Made by a program: the position numbers and the translations under genes. The notes beneath the pieces are model-generated. The model was not told the DNA's origin. It saw only the letters and a list, made by a program, of their open reading frames with translations, and ran no database searches. A stretch of 63,955 nucleotides of DNA, the filler included, from Nanobdellota archaeon (lineage in GTDB: Archaea > Nanobdellota > Nanobdellia > B33-G15), in assembly GCA_003660925.1 (NCBI GenBank). It is 4 parts of 4 records of this genome, joined end to end, with 100 filler letters (N's around TTAATTAATTAA, not from the genome) between each part and the next. Parts side by side here need not be neighbours in the genome. Positions count along the whole stretch, not along the records: positions 40,867 to 59,214 come from QMVD01000009.1; 3 more parts are not named here. The stretch is one strand, 5' to 3'. Shown one piece after another: positions 45,693 to 55,195 of this stretch (the first letter of the stretch is position 1; every line of letters begins with the position of its first letter).

Positions 45693-46012
45693 GGGTTCAA
45701 CACCTTTATCTTAAGCTTTTTGGCCTCCTCCAGGATCATCAACCTCTTCCTCTTACCCACCCCGCTGGCGATCCTGGCAGCGAACCCCTTCCCCACCCTC
45801 CTCAACTCCTCCACGTTGTGGACCAAGACCTCCCTTATCCCTCCAGGTAAGAGCCCCCTCTCTCTCCTCGGGCTCCTCCTTCGGGCGGAAGGCATGGGCT
45901 TCACGTATTTTTCCTTCCTCCTCACCTTTGAATGCAAGCCCTTTGGCCTCCTCCAGGATAGGCTCAACCTCTTCCTCCTGTGCACCTCTCTCCTGTAATA
46001 TTCCTTGCTCAT
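45689..46012 (-). CDS. rpl32e: 50S ribosomal protein eL32
   Basis: WRRPKGLHSKVR, RGLLPGG, VHNVEEL, VLNP. Confidence 0.96.
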   Translation of the reverse strand: MSKEYYRREVHRRKRLSLSWRRPKGLHSKVRRKEKYVKPMPSARRRSPRRERGLLPGGIREVLVHNVEELRRVGKGFAARIASGVGKRKRLMILEEAKKLKIKVLNP

Positions 46013-46542
46013 ACCAACACCTTCTCATCCTTTTGGAATATGTAAATACCGTCCTGGAACACCCTCTTATCATACCCCGGTCTCCTGGTGGCCTGCTCTA
46101 TGTTGGCAGCAGTCTGCGCTACCTTTTCTTTATCTATCCCTTTAACGGTGATCTCATCCCCCTCTATCTCCACCTCGACCCCTTCTAAGATCTTTGCCTT
46201 CCTGGGTTTCTTTTCCCCGAACAAGTTCTCTATCAGTAACAAATTCCCCTGTTTTTTAACGCTTATGGGGAAGTGAGTGAACACGATCTTGAGCTTGTAG
46301 ACGTATCCCTTGGTGACCCCTTTCATCATGTTCCTCAAATGAGCTGCGAAGGTGTTCATCACGCGCTTCTCCTTTCTCGTATCCCTATCGGAACTGAAGA
46401 CGACCTTGTCATCCTTCACTTCCACATTTATGTGAGGGTGTAAAAAAGTCCTCCTCAACTCCCCCAATTTCCCTCTCACCACTAGGTCATGCACTTCTTT
46501 CACCACCTCCACCCCTTCAGGGATCTCCACCTCAGTATACAT
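46009..46542 (-). CDS. rpl6: 50S ribosomal protein uL6
   Basis: IPEGV, HFPISV, AANIEQ, DKRVFQDGIY. Confidence 0.97.
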   Translation of the reverse strand: MYTEVEIPEGVEVVKEVHDLVVRGKLGELRRTFLHPHINVEVKDDKVVFSSDRDTRKEKRVMNTFAAHLRNMMKGVTKGYVYKLKIVFTHFPISVKKQGNLLLIENLFGEKKPRKAKILEGVEVEIEGDEITVKGIDKEKVAQTAANIEQATRRPGYDKRVFQDGIYIFQKDEKVLV

Positions 46543-46921
46543 AGGCTATCAACACCCCTCCCATGCCTTTTTTCTTCGCCTCGTCGTTGGTCATGAGTCC
46601 TTTTGGAGTTGATATGATTAGGAAACCAAACCCTCTCGCCGGGAGGAACCTCTGTTCATACTTCTCGATCTCCTCGAGCTTGCAGGGGAACCTGGGTTTT
46701 ATGGCCTTGCACTCGTTTATCCTCCCCCAAAGCTTCACCTTTATGGCTCCTCCCCTTTTGTTCTCTATGTACTCGTAATCCTCCAAGTAACCCCTATCCT
46801 TCATCATCTTTATCACTTCCCTCACTAGCTTGGAGACGGGCCTGACTATGCATTCCTTCTTCCCTACGGCTTCCGCGTTCTTTATCGCGCTCAGAGCATC
46901 CGCCAATACATCCAACCTCAT
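46532..46921 (-). CDS. rps8: 30S ribosomal protein uS8
   Basis: LADALSAIKNAE, GRINEC, FLPARGFG, STPKG, GGVLIAYVY. Confidence 0.97.
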   Translation of the reverse strand: MRLDVLADALSAIKNAEAVGKKECIVRPVSKLVREVIKMMKDRGYLEDYEYIENKRGGAIKVKLWGRINECKAIKPRFPCKLEEIEKYEQRFLPARGFGFLIISTPKGLMTNDEAKKKGMGGVLIAYVY

Positions 46922-46924
46922 CCT

Positions 46925-47164
46925 TCACACCTCGTGACCATACTTTTTGAATCCTAATTCCCTCGCTACCTCCCTGAAGCATTGTCTGCATAAATGCAAC
47001 CCATACTTGCTTATGTGGGCACCAGCCCTCCCGCACCTTATGCACCTCTTCCTCCCCCTCCCATATTTCCTGTTCTTCGGCTTACAGAACTTGAGGAATC
47101 GCTTGAGCTTTGCTTTTTTCCTCACGAGCTGTTTCATGATCTTCTTGTAGGATTTGGCAGTCAT
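46925..47164 (-). CDS. rps14: 30S ribosomal protein uS14 (Zn type)
   Basis: CIRCG...[19 protein letters not shown]. Confidence 0.96.
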   Translation of the reverse strand: MTAKSYKKIMKQLVRKKAKLKRFLKFCKPKNRKYGRGRKRCIRCGRAGAHISKYGLHLCRQCFREVARELGFKKYGHEV

Positions 47165-47667
47165 TCGACAACCACCCCAAATTCCTTCCTCATGAACTCC
47201 ATCGCCTCTTCAGGAGTTATCAAATGCTTCTTCCCAATCTTACTCCTCTTCACTTTTCTCCTCTTCACTCTGTACCCAGGTCTCTCCAGAGTGACACACA
47301 CGTTTAATCCCTGCATGCCTATCTTGGGATCATACTTCATCCCAGGAATGTGAATGTATTCTTCCACTCCGAAGTTCACATTCCCGAACTTGTCGAAGCA
47401 ACTCCTCTTGAGCTTATTCCCCACTGCTGCTAAGAGCTTCTTCAGCAACTCCTTAGCATCCTTCCCTCTCACGGTCACCTTCACTCCTATCTCCAACCCA
47501 GGCCTCAGATGCCATGTAGGTATCCTCCGCTTCGCCTTAGTCTTCACGACCTTTCTTCCAGTTATCCTCTCCAACAACTCCTTCATTAAGTCCACCTTCT
47601 CCCCAGGCTCCCCTGCCCCTATGTTCAAAGTGACCTTTTCTATCCTTATCTGCCTCATAGGGTTCAT
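47161..47667 (-). CDS. rpl5: 50S ribosomal protein uL5
   Basis: [34 protein letters not shown]. Confidence 0.97.
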   Translation of the reverse strand: MNPMRQIRIEKVTLNIGAGEPGEKVDLMKELLERITGRKVVKTKAKRRIPTWHLRPGLEIGVKVTVRGKDAKELLKKLLAAVGNKLKRSCFDKFGNVNFGVEEYIHIPGMKYDPKIGMQGLNVCVTLERPGYRVKRRKVKRSKIGKKHLITPEEAMEFMRKEFGVVVE

Positions 47668-48338
47668 TGCTCCACCTCCGGGTCGGTCGGGAAGGCGTAG
47701 TCGCTGAGGGTCTCGTATTCTGTCTCCCCCTTCAACAGCACTTTTTCTCCTCTCACCTCCACGACCTTCGCCTTCTCCCCAACGTGTCTCCCAGCGATCA
47801 AGTAAACCTCTGCTCCCTTGTCGAAGGGCAAGTATTTGACGATTTCTTGACTCGGGATTTTTATGAGCAGGGAGGCGCCTATCTTGTACTTCCTCCCCTT
47901 GGTCTTAGGTAGTAAGATGTTCCTCCCATCATGCAGGGTGAGTTGTATCTTGTCCCCCTTCACCATCTGCTTCCTCACGATCATGCCTATCTTGAGATTC
48001 GCGCTCTTCTTTATGGGCTTTGGGAACAACCTTCCCTTCTTATCGAAGAGGATCCTGTAGTGCTTCTTATCCACGGTGAGGACGTCCATGAAGCCGACCG
48101 GGAACTTTTTGTCCTTCCTCACCTTCCCATCCACCTTAACAATTCCCCTGTTCAGTAATTTCTTCACCTCCCTCGCGGTCTCCGCCACCTTCAATATGTC
48201 CCTCAGGAACACCAGAAGTGCAACGCTCCTGTCCTTTGGGTGAGGTCCAGGGCTCGGCTTCACCACGAACCTTCCCCTAACTTTCCTAGGTATCCCTAGC
48301 ACCTTGGGTGCTGCCAACTTCTTCATATGACGGCTCAT
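47664..48338 (-). CDS. rps4e: 30S ribosomal protein eS4
   Basis: [27 protein letters not shown]. Confidence 0.97.
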   Translation of the reverse strand: MSRHMKKLAAPKVLGIPRKVRGRFVVKPSPGPHPKDRSVALLVFLRDILKVAETAREVKKLLNRGIVKVDGKVRKDKKFPVGFMDVLTVDKKHYRILFDKKGRLFPKPIKKSANLKIGMIVRKQMVKGDKIQLTLHDGRNILLPKTKGRKYKIGASLLIKIPSQEIVKYLPFDKGAEVYLIAGRHVGEKAKVVEVRGEKVLLKGETEYETLSDYAFPTDPEVEQ

Positions 48339-48694
48339 TTGCTCACCCTCTCTAAGATTGCCCTCCTTTCCTTGTCCTCGAGGTTAAGTTCGAGGATCAT
48401 GAGGTTGGATGGATGGATAGGGACAGAGACTTCCCTTCCGTCCACCTTCTTCCGCTTGATCCCCTCCAAGTAGACCCTCAGCTTTCTCAAGTCCACCCTC
48501 TCCACTTTCGCTATCTTTCCCTTATAACTTCCCCTCATGACCTTCACTTTGTCTCCCTTCCTCACTGGCAGGGACCTTTTGTGATACTTCTCCCTCAACT
48601 CCTTGGAGAGGTGGGCTGCCACCATCTTCTGCCTCCTATGCAAGGGGGCTTCCCTCAACCACTTCCTTTGTTTCCTGGGTTTTTTGCTCTTCAT
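48335..48694 (-). CDS. rpl24: 50S ribosomal protein uL24
   Basis: [30 protein letters not shown]. Confidence 0.97.
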   Translation of the reverse strand: MKSKKPRKQRKWLREAPLHRRQKMVAAHLSKELREKYHKRSLPVRKGDKVKVMRGSYKGKIAKVERVDLRKLRVYLEGIKRKKVDGREVSVPIHPSNLMILELNLEDKERRAILERVSK

Positions 48695-49095
48695 ACCACC
48701 ATCCTCGCTATTTTACCTAGGGCGGGGAATCTCTCCACCACTTCCCTCGCCATGGGCCCCTTCACCACGGTCCCCTTGGGCTCGAACACGTTCTTGTCCT
48801 TTAACAAGACCGCAGCGTTATCTTCGAACTTCACCCTCATCCCATCTGCTCTCCTTATAGCCTTCCTCTGCCTTATGATGACCGCGTAAACTATCTTGTG
48901 TTTCATCTTAGGGTCTCCTTCCTTCACCGAGGCTACCACAACATCCCCTACCCCAGCAGCGGGATACCTCCTCTTCCTCCCCTTATACTTCAACACCTCT
49001 ATGATCTGGATGACCTGGGCCCCGCTATTATCGGCTACCTTCACCCTTGCCCCCCTCGGGAGGGCTCTGGGCACCTTAGATTTCAAGGCCTTCAT
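48691..49095 (-). CDS. rpl14: 50S ribosomal protein uL14
   Basis: [26 protein letters not shown]. Confidence 0.97.
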   Translation of the reverse strand: MKALKSKVPRALPRGARVKVADNSGAQVIQIIEVLKYKGRKRRYPAAGVGDVVVASVKEGDPKMKHKIVYAVIIRQRKAIRRADGMRVKFEDNAAVLLKDKNVFEPKGTVVKGPMAREVVERFPALGKIARMVV

Positions 49096-49382
49096 TCCTT
49101 CTTCACCTCAATTATCACGAACTTTTTAGTCCGACTCAAAGGCCTGCATTCGGCGATGACCACCTTATCCCCTTCCTTGGCGTTTATGCAAGGGGGATTG
49201 TGGGCCGCCACTCTCGTCCTCCTCTTCTCATATCTCTCGTACTTCCTGAGCTTGTAATACCTTTCCCATTCGACTATCGCGGTCTTCTCAGCTTTCGCGG
49301 ACACCACCACTCCCTCGAACTTCTTACCCCTAATCCTGACCTCCCCATGGAACGGGCACTTCTTATCGTTGCATTCTACCAT
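49092..49382 (-). CDS. rps17: 30S ribosomal protein uS17
   Basis: [36 protein letters not shown] 49382 is preceded by an SD-like GGTGAG. Confidence 0.95.
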   Translation of the reverse strand: MVECNDKKCPFHGEVRIRGKKFEGVVVSAKAEKTAIVEWERYYKLRKYERYEKRRTRVAAHNPPCINAKEGDKVVIAECRPLSRTKKFVIIEVKKE

Positions 49383-49624
49383 CTTGTTCTCACCTTCTTC
49401 CTCCTTTTTAACCTTTCCCAAGGCATCCCCACTATCTCCTTCCCTTCCACGAGCTTCCCGTCCACTTCAAAGGAGCATATGCGCTTCTCGACCTTCACTT
49501 CTCCCTTCCTCGTCCTTATGATCAGCATGTTCTTAGTCTCATCCACTATCTCCCCTCTTATGCCTATCAAAGAGGGGTTCCTGCTGTCCTTTACCTCTAC
49601 CTTCTTCCCGATCAGGCCCAACAT
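49376..49624 (-). CDS. rnp1: RNase P protein subunit Rpp29
   Basis: LIGKKVEV...GIRGEIVDETKNML...PWERL, in the conserved position. Confidence 0.92.
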   Translation of the reverse strand: MLGLIGKKVEVKDSRNPSLIGIRGEIVDETKNMLIIRTRKGEVKVEKRICSFEVDGKLVEGKEIVGMPWERLKRRKKVRTRW

Positions 49625-49932
49625 CAAATCACCTCAATGTTTTCCGGCGGGAAGCCCTCCTCGATCAGGATTTGCTTCACCTTCTCCCTGTGATCCCCCT
49701 GTAACTCGATTGTGTCGTTCTTCACCGTCCCTCCACAGGCGAACTTCTGTTTCATGCGCTTCGCCAACGCCTTCATGTCCACCGCTTTTGGGTCGATGCC
49801 CTCTATGATGGTCATGAGCCTCCCGTACCTCTTCTTCGCGACCCTCACCTTGATTTGAAGCTGCTCCTTGGTTATTGCCCCGCATATGCAGAGTTCCTTG
49901 GGCATCCCGCACACTGGGCACACGTCGCTCAT
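49624..49932 (-). CDS. Translation initiation factor aIF1 (SUI1)
   Basis: CPVCGMPKELCIC, KFACGGT, IELQGDH. Confidence 0.96.
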   Translation of the reverse strand: MSDVCPVCGMPKELCICGAITKEQLQIKVRVAKKRYGRLMTIIEGIDPKAVDMKALAKRMKQKFACGGTVKNDTIELQGDHREKVKQILIEEGFPPENIEVI

Positions 49933-50129
49933 TTTTTCCCTTTTTCCCTCCTGTTGATTTCGGTGAGTATGCGAGCGATGGTCTTTCTTAGGTGTCTCAC
50001 CTTCCCGGGGTTATCCGGGCTCGCCCCGCTCGCCTTCTTACTCTCAACTACCATTAACTCCCTCCTGATCTCCTCGAGCTTCTTAAGAAGCTCCTCCTTC
50101 CTCATCTTCTTGATCTCCCACTTCTTCAA
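49929..50129 (-). CDS. rpl29: 50S ribosomal protein uL29
   Basis: NPGKVRHLRKTIARILT. Confidence 0.95.
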   Translation of the reverse strand: MKKWEIKKMRKEELLKKLEEIRRELMVVESKKASGASPDNPGKVRHLRKTIARILTEINRREKGKK

Positions 50130-50733
50130 CTCCTATCCCCTCCTTTATCTCCACCCTATCGGGCATCACCACCCCGGGCGGGAGGATGCGAACGGTGACC
50201 CCGACCACCCCTATCTTCAGCTTTTCCGCCTTAAATCCCTCCCTCACCTCGTTCTTCGCCACTTCTCCGCACTTAGGGAGATAACCGGAATAGAACCTCC
50301 AGCTCTTGGCCCTGGCGCTGGGGACCTTCCCGGAGATGATTATCTCGGCGCCTATGGCCCCAGCCTCCATGATCCTCTGGAGGTTTCGATGACCTATGGC
50401 CTTGAACTTCGTCACTCCATAATTCGCGAGCTGCTTCGCGATTCGGTTGGCCATGATGACTGGGTCCAACTCGGGGACCTCCACCTCCTTAACTTCTATG
50501 TGGGGTGACTCCAACTTGAATTCCTCCTCGAGTATTTGGGATATCCTGGCTATGTTCTCTCCTCCCCTGCCCACCACCATCCCGGGCTTGAAGGAATATA
50601 TGGTTACCTTGGTTCCCAAGGGAGTCTTCTCGAGCTCGCAGTGAGAGTAACCCATATCTATTAACTCCTTCTTCAACCACTCCTTGACCTTGTGTTCCTT
50701 CACCTTGTCCTCTATGAACTTCCTCTCAATCAC
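50083..50733 (-). CDS. rps3: 30S ribosomal protein uS3
   Basis: IERKFI, TPLGT, PGMVVGRGG, GAIGAEIIISGK. GTG start at 50733. Confidence 0.96.
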   Translation of the reverse strand: MIERKFIEDKVKEHKVKEWLKKELIDMGYSHCELEKTPLGTKVTIYSFKPGMVVGRGGENIARISQILEEEFKLESPHIEVKEVEVPELDPVIMANRIAKQLANYGVTKFKAIGHRNLQRIMEAGAIGAEIIISGKVPSARAKSWRFYSGYLPKCGEVAKNEVREGFKAEKLKIGVVGVTVRILPPGVVMPDRVEIKEGIGVEEVGDQEDEEGGAS

Positions 50734-51121
50734 GTTCCTCCACCTCCACCAACACATGGGTCCTCTTCCCGAGCCCCCTCCTAGCTCTCCTATGCTTAGA
50801 AATGGCCATCCCCACCTCTATCCTCTTTATGAAGAGCTTCTCCGGGTTCATCCCTTTCTGGATGGCGTTGTTCAAGGCATCCTTCAACAACTTCAGCATG
50901 TAACTGCTCGCCTTTTTCGGATATCTCCCGGGCCCCATCCCCTTCCTGTGAGGGGTATCCCTGTTATACCTCTTGAATGGGACAGCCTGCTTTCCCTCGA
51001 TCACTCTCTCGAGGAAGGCCATGGCTTTTTTTAACTCCTTCCCCCTTAAACACCTGGCTATTTCCACCACGTGTTTCGTGGAGATTGGGGCATCGCTCAA
51101 CCTGGCCATCATGGGCATCAC
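50726..51121 (-). CDS. rpl22: 50S ribosomal protein uL22
   Basis: [22 protein letters not shown]. Confidence 0.96.
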   Translation of the reverse strand: MMPMMARLSDAPISTKHVVEIARCLRGKELKKAMAFLERVIEGKQAVPFKRYNRDTPHRKGMGPGRYPKKASSYMLKLLKDALNNAIQKGMNPEKLFIKRIEVGMAISKHRRARRGLGKRTHVLVEVEERD

Positions 51122-51510
51122 TTTATGGGCACGAACTTACTGCTCCTGCTTGCTCCCACTCCTGGCGCGCCGTGTTGCACCCTCTTCCTGGTAGGGCTGA
51201 ACTCCCCAAGATAATGCCCTATCATCTCTGGCTTCACCTCGAAGACCACGAAGTCCTTGCCGTTGTGCACCGCGAATTTCAGTCCCACGAAGCTTGGGAG
51301 GATTATCATGTCTCTCTCGTGGGTCCTTATGGGCTTGTCGTACTTCCCCTGCAAAGCGAGCTCCACCTTCCTCAACAACTTCTTCTGCTCCGGCGTGAAA
51401 CCCCTGAGTAAACTCCTCCTCTGCCTAGCTGGGAGCAATTGGGCGAACTCTTTTATGCTCATTTGCTTGAGCTCCTCAAGTGTCTTTCCCCTGTAGGTGA
51501 ACTCCTTCAT
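51118..51510 (-). CDS. rps19: 30S ribosomal protein uS19
   Basis: [29 protein letters not shown]. Confidence 0.97.
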   Translation of the reverse strand: MKEFTYRGKTLEELKQMSIKEFAQLLPARQRRSLLRGFTPEQKKLLRKVELALQGKYDKPIRTHERDMIILPSFVGLKFAVHNGKDFVVFEVKPEMIGHYLGEFSPTRKRVQHGAPGVGASRSSKFVPIK

Positions 51511-52226
51511 TTCTTACCACCCTTTTTCCTCCCGGTCCTCCTGGCTCCTATGCTCCCCACCCTAGCGCCCCTCGGAGCCCTCTTGGAGGTGGTTTTCTTG
51601 CGCTTGTGCCTCCTCTTTCCCCCTCCCATGGGGTGATCAACGGGGTTCATGGCCCTGGCTGCCACCCTCGGCCAGACCTTGGCTTTGGCCTTAAGGATGT
51701 GGTAGACCTTCCCAGCCTTCAAGAGGGGTTTCTCCTTCCTCCCTGCCCCGGCCACAACCCCTATCATCGCCCTGCACCTAGGATTCAAGACCTTGAGTTG
51801 CCTGCTCGGGAGTTTCACTATGACCCTACCTTCCTCCTTGGCCATGACCTTGGCGCTCAGTCCCGCGGCCCTCACTATCTTCCCTCCATCCCCTGGAACC
51901 AATTCTATGTTGAAGACGTCCATTCCCTCGGGGATCTCCCCCAAGGGTAAGACGTTCCCTGCCCTCAAGTGGGCACCGCTCCCTATCTCCACTTGGCTTC
52001 CCACCATGATCCCCTCAGGGGCAGGAAGCGCGTAGAAGTCGTCGTCACACCTTATGACCATCAAAGGGGCGGTCCTCGCCGGATCGTGCAAGATCTCCAC
52101 GACCTCTCCTACCATCAACTCCTCCCTTATAGGAGGGAATTTAGCCCTAGCGAGGTACTTATGAGAGGGTGCCCTATACTTGGGCTTTCCCTTTCCCCTC
52201 CTTTGCATTTTCGTCCTTCTAGGCAT
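51507..52226 (-). CDS. rpl2: 50S ribosomal protein uL2
   Basis: [31 protein letters not shown]. Confidence 0.97.
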   Translation of the reverse strand: MPRRTKMQRRGKGKPKYRAPSHKYLARAKFPPIREELMVGEVVEILHDPARTAPLMVIRCDDDFYALPAPEGIMVGSQVEIGSGAHLRAGNVLPLGEIPEGMDVFNIELVPGDGGKIVRAAGLSAKVMAKEEGRVIVKLPSRQLKVLNPRCRAMIGVVAGAGRKEKPLLKAGKVYHILKAKAKVWPRVAARAMNPVDHPMGGGKRRHKRKKTTSKRAPRGARVGSIGARRTGRKKGGKK

Positions 52227-52227
52227 T

Positions 52228-52473
52228 TTAAATCATCCCCATTTGAGTAGCCACGTCCATAGCTTTATAATCTTTCTCCAACCTGACGTAGGCTTTCTTC
52301 CCCCTCTTCCCGAAGCAAGTCCTCACCTTCTTCACCTTCACGTTGAACAATCTTTCTACCTCTTTCTTGATGTCCTCCTTCCTCGCCTTCTCGTCTACTA
52401 TGAAGGTGAGGGTGTTCTCCTTTTCTATCAACCTCACCGCCTTCTCCGTCATCAAGAGGTGTTTTATTATCAT
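52228..52473 (-). CDS. rpl23: 50S ribosomal protein uL23
   Basis: TEKA..IEKENTLTFIVD, KKAYVRL. Confidence 0.96.
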   Translation of the reverse strand: MIIKHLLMTEKAVRLIEKENTLTFIVDEKARKEDIKKEVERLFNVKVKKVRTCFGKRGKKAYVRLEKDYKAMDVATQMGMI

Positions 52474-53264
52474 AAGAACAACCCCTTTTCCAGCTCTTTT
52501 ATCGCGCTTTCTGTCCACAAGGTCAATCTACCTGGTTGGGTTCCCGGGGCCAAGACCTCCGCGTTCAAGTCCTTGACCAAGACCACATCTCCCAGGTTCC
52601 TCGCGCTCTTCATCAAATCACATCTCTTGGACACCACGAATAGCGGACCCACCCTCTTCTTGTACTTCCTCCCCCTCATCTTTCCTTTTCCTGCCCTTAT
52701 TTTCCTCTCCTTTATCCTCTCCAACTCCTTTTCCATCCCGAGCTTCTTCAGCAACTTCTCGACTTCCTTGGCCTTCTTTAGCTTTTCGACCTCGTCCTTC
52801 AGCACTATGGGAACATCCCCATTGTATCTGTGTCTCTTCTGAACGAGCTCCCTCACCGCGGTCGCTGCGATGGCGCTCCTTATGGCGAGCTTCCTCTCCT
52901 TCTCGTTCACCCTCTTCTCCAACTTCCTCTCCACCTTTGGAGGATGGGCTTCCCTTCCTCCCCTGGTCTGGGGGGCGAAAGCTCCGACCCAGAGGAAATA
53001 CCTTCCCCTCCTCGCCAGGGTCTTCCTAGGGGTCCTCGACTGTCCCCTTCCATAAGTCGTCTTATAATCCCTCCTTCTCTTGGACAACCATATGACTTTC
53101 CTCTTCCCAGCCATCTCGTTGACGCCGTAGGGTTGTAACCTGTGACTCTGGATGGCCACCACCACTCTCTTGATCACGTCAGGCCTTATGGTCTCCTTGA
53201 AGTGTATGGGGAGCTCTATCTCTCCCACCTTCCTACCTGTCTTGGAATAGACTGGCGCCTTCAT
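52470..53264 (-). CDS. rpl4: 50S ribosomal protein uL4
   Basis: RPDVI, GGREAHPPK, RAGKGKMRGR, LAPG..PGRLT. Confidence 0.97.
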   Translation of the reverse strand: MKAPVYSKTGRKVGEIELPIHFKETIRPDVIKRVVVAIQSHRLQPYGVNEMAGKRKVIWLSKRRRDYKTTYGRGQSRTPRKTLARRGRYFLWVGAFAPQTRGGREAHPPKVERKLEKRVNEKERKLAIRSAIAATAVRELVQKRHRYNGDVPIVLKDEVEKLKKAKEVEKLLKKLGMEKELERIKERKIRAGKGKMRGRKYKKRVGPLFVVSKRCDLMKSARNLGDVVLVKDLNAEVLAPGTQPGRLTLWTESAIKELEKGLFL

Positions 53265-53265
53265 C

Positions 53266-54216
53266 TCAATTACCCTGCTTGGATTCCCTGGATATGTAAA
53301 CTATCTCTGGAGGGACATTCGGGAGCTTGTTGGGCCTTATGGCCTTCCTCATGATGACTAACCTCTTCCTCGAACCGGGGACCGAACCTGCTAACATGAC
53401 GTACTTCGTCCTTATCAGACCGTAATTCAGGAAACCACCCTTGGGGTTCACTTCCTCCCCCTCCCCGATCCTCAACAACCACTTGTTGAACTCTGTCCTG
53501 GTGTGGAATCCCATCTGACCTGGTAGGGGGGTGGTGTAGGACAACTTGGCAGGGTGCCAAGGGCCCAGGGAACCAGCCTTCCTTCGCTTCTTCTCTGCCT
53601 TGTGGGACAACAACTTTACACCGAACCTCTTTATTACCCCTTGGAACCCCTTCCCCTTGGTGACCGCGATCACATCCACCTGTTCTCCTGGCTTGAAGAC
53701 TTGCTCCACATCTATGGGCTTTCCAAGCATCTCTTTCAGGGGTTCCACGTCCCCCTCGTATCCTATCTCGAAGATCTCTGGGGTCTTCTTAAAAGGGGGC
53801 TGGGTGTGAACTATGAGTTTGACCTTATCAAACTCCTTAAAGTCCTCCCACTTGTGCTTGTTCTTTCCCCTCTTCACCTTCCTCTCCACCCTTTTATCCA
53901 GGTTCTCCGCCCATATCTCCCCAATGCTCTTGTATCCGTCAGGCGTCTCCTTGTAGAACCTCACCCCCGCTAAGATCAAAGGGGGAGTTTCCAATATAGT
54001 CACGGGGATCGAGATCTTCTCCCCCTTGGTCGGGGAACCCTTCCGGTTATCTATGGCGATTATGTGGGTCATCCCTGCCTTATATCCTGCGAAGCCGAGA
54101 ATCCCCTCTCCCTTCCAATTCCTCACCCTAGGATAAATCCTCTTAGCCCTCTTCCTAGGCCAATACTGCAGGCTACCTCTCCTCGGCGCTTCTCTTTTTC
54201 CTATCTGATGACCCAT
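53266..54216 (-). CDS. rpl3: 50S ribosomal protein uL3
   Basis: PRRGSL, GYKAGMTH, TKGKGFQG, GQMGFHTRTE, GSVPG. Confidence 0.98.
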   Translation of the reverse strand: MGHQIGKREAPRRGSLQYWPRKRAKRIYPRVRNWKGEGILGFAGYKAGMTHIIAIDNRKGSPTKGEKISIPVTILETPPLILAGVRFYKETPDGYKSIGEIWAENLDKRVERKVKRGKNKHKWEDFKEFDKVKLIVHTQPPFKKTPEIFEIGYEGDVEPLKEMLGKPIDVEQVFKPGEQVDVIAVTKGKGFQGVIKRFGVKLLSHKAEKKRRKAGSLGPWHPAKLSYTTPLPGQMGFHTRTEFNKWLLRIGEGEEVNPKGGFLNYGLIRTKYVMLAGSVPGSRKRLVIMRKAIRPNKLPNVPPEIVYISRESKQGN

Positions 54217-54297
54217 ATTGCTTCTTCACTTGACATTTGCTTTTAAATGTAACGGCCTATCAGAAGGGTGCAGCGATTGAAATTTTAAAGGACATCA

Positions 54298-55173
54298 TTA
54301 ATAAAGCTTATGCACGAATAGCCTCATCCTGTCGCCTTTCTTAGCCACTCCTAATATCTCCTCGAGGGTCCCCGCCACCTTTCCATCCCTCAAGATAGGC
54401 CAGTGTCCATCCCCGTAAAAAGGAACCCTGTATACCTTTATCGTGTTCTCTCGAGGCACGTAATTGAGCACCCTTAGCTCATCGACGAGCTTTCCCATCT
54501 CTGTCCACTTAGGGATGTTAGGAGTGTTCCACACCTCCGGGCCCAATGTCCTCCAACAACGCCCCAAATCGTTTGTCTTGACGTGAAACACCTCTGGAGG
54601 ACACTCCTTAGTCCTTATCTCTCCCATGACTCCTCTCTTCAACAAACCCTTACTTTCCAACACGTGAATCCTCCACCTCACGATCCTCTCCATTTTCCTG
54701 AAGATCTTCCCCTTCCCCCTCACGTCCATGTTCCTTTCATATCCTCTCAAGAACTTCCTTATTCCCTCCTTACCGACTATCTCGTAAAGGTAAGGTCTCC
54801 CTCCATCCCTCACGACCTTTCCCTTCAACAATTCCAACAGCCAGTAAGAGGTGGTGGGGTGGAAGTTACAAATCGCCGACAAGGCATTGACCGTCACGTA
54901 GGTGGGGTTCTTCCTCTTATGGGAAGCTAGGTGATAGAGAGACAACCCCACAACGTATGCCCTTAAGAGGGTCCTGTCTAAAGGATATTTGGGCTCCTTG
55001 GACACGTTCACGAACTCCGGAGATAGGGGAAAGTTCATGAGAGAGTTCCTCATTCGCTCGTAAACTTCTCTTTCTCCCTCTTCTAAGGAGAAGTGAATGA
55101 TATTTTCCAACCCAACGGTTTCCCTACCCAACAAGAAGCCCTTCACGGCTGCCTTGGGGTGCATGTAATTCAT
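54298..55173 (-). CDS. Hypothetical protein, possibly winged-helix
   Basis: Long ORF with host-like codon usage. Segments such as VTVNALSAICNFHPTTSYWLLELL...GRPYLYEI and IHVLESKGLL look wHTH-like. Start at 55173 or 55164. Confidence 0.6.
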   Translation of the reverse strand: MNYMHPKAAVKGFLLGRETVGLENIIHFSLEEGEREVYERMRNSLMNFPLSPEFVNVSKEPKYPLDRTLLRAYVVGLSLYHLASHKRKNPTYVTVNALSAICNFHPTTSYWLLELLKGKVVRDGGRPYLYEIVGKEGIRKFLRGYERNMDVRGKGKIFRKMERIVRWRIHVLESKGLLKRGVMGEIRTKECPPEVFHVKTNDLGRCWRTLGPEVWNTPNIPKWTEMGKLVDELRVLNYVPRENTIKVYRVPFYGDGHWPILRDGKVAGTLEEILGVAKKGDRMRLFVHKLY

Positions 55174-55195
55174 GTTTAACTTCGGAATGGTTAAT

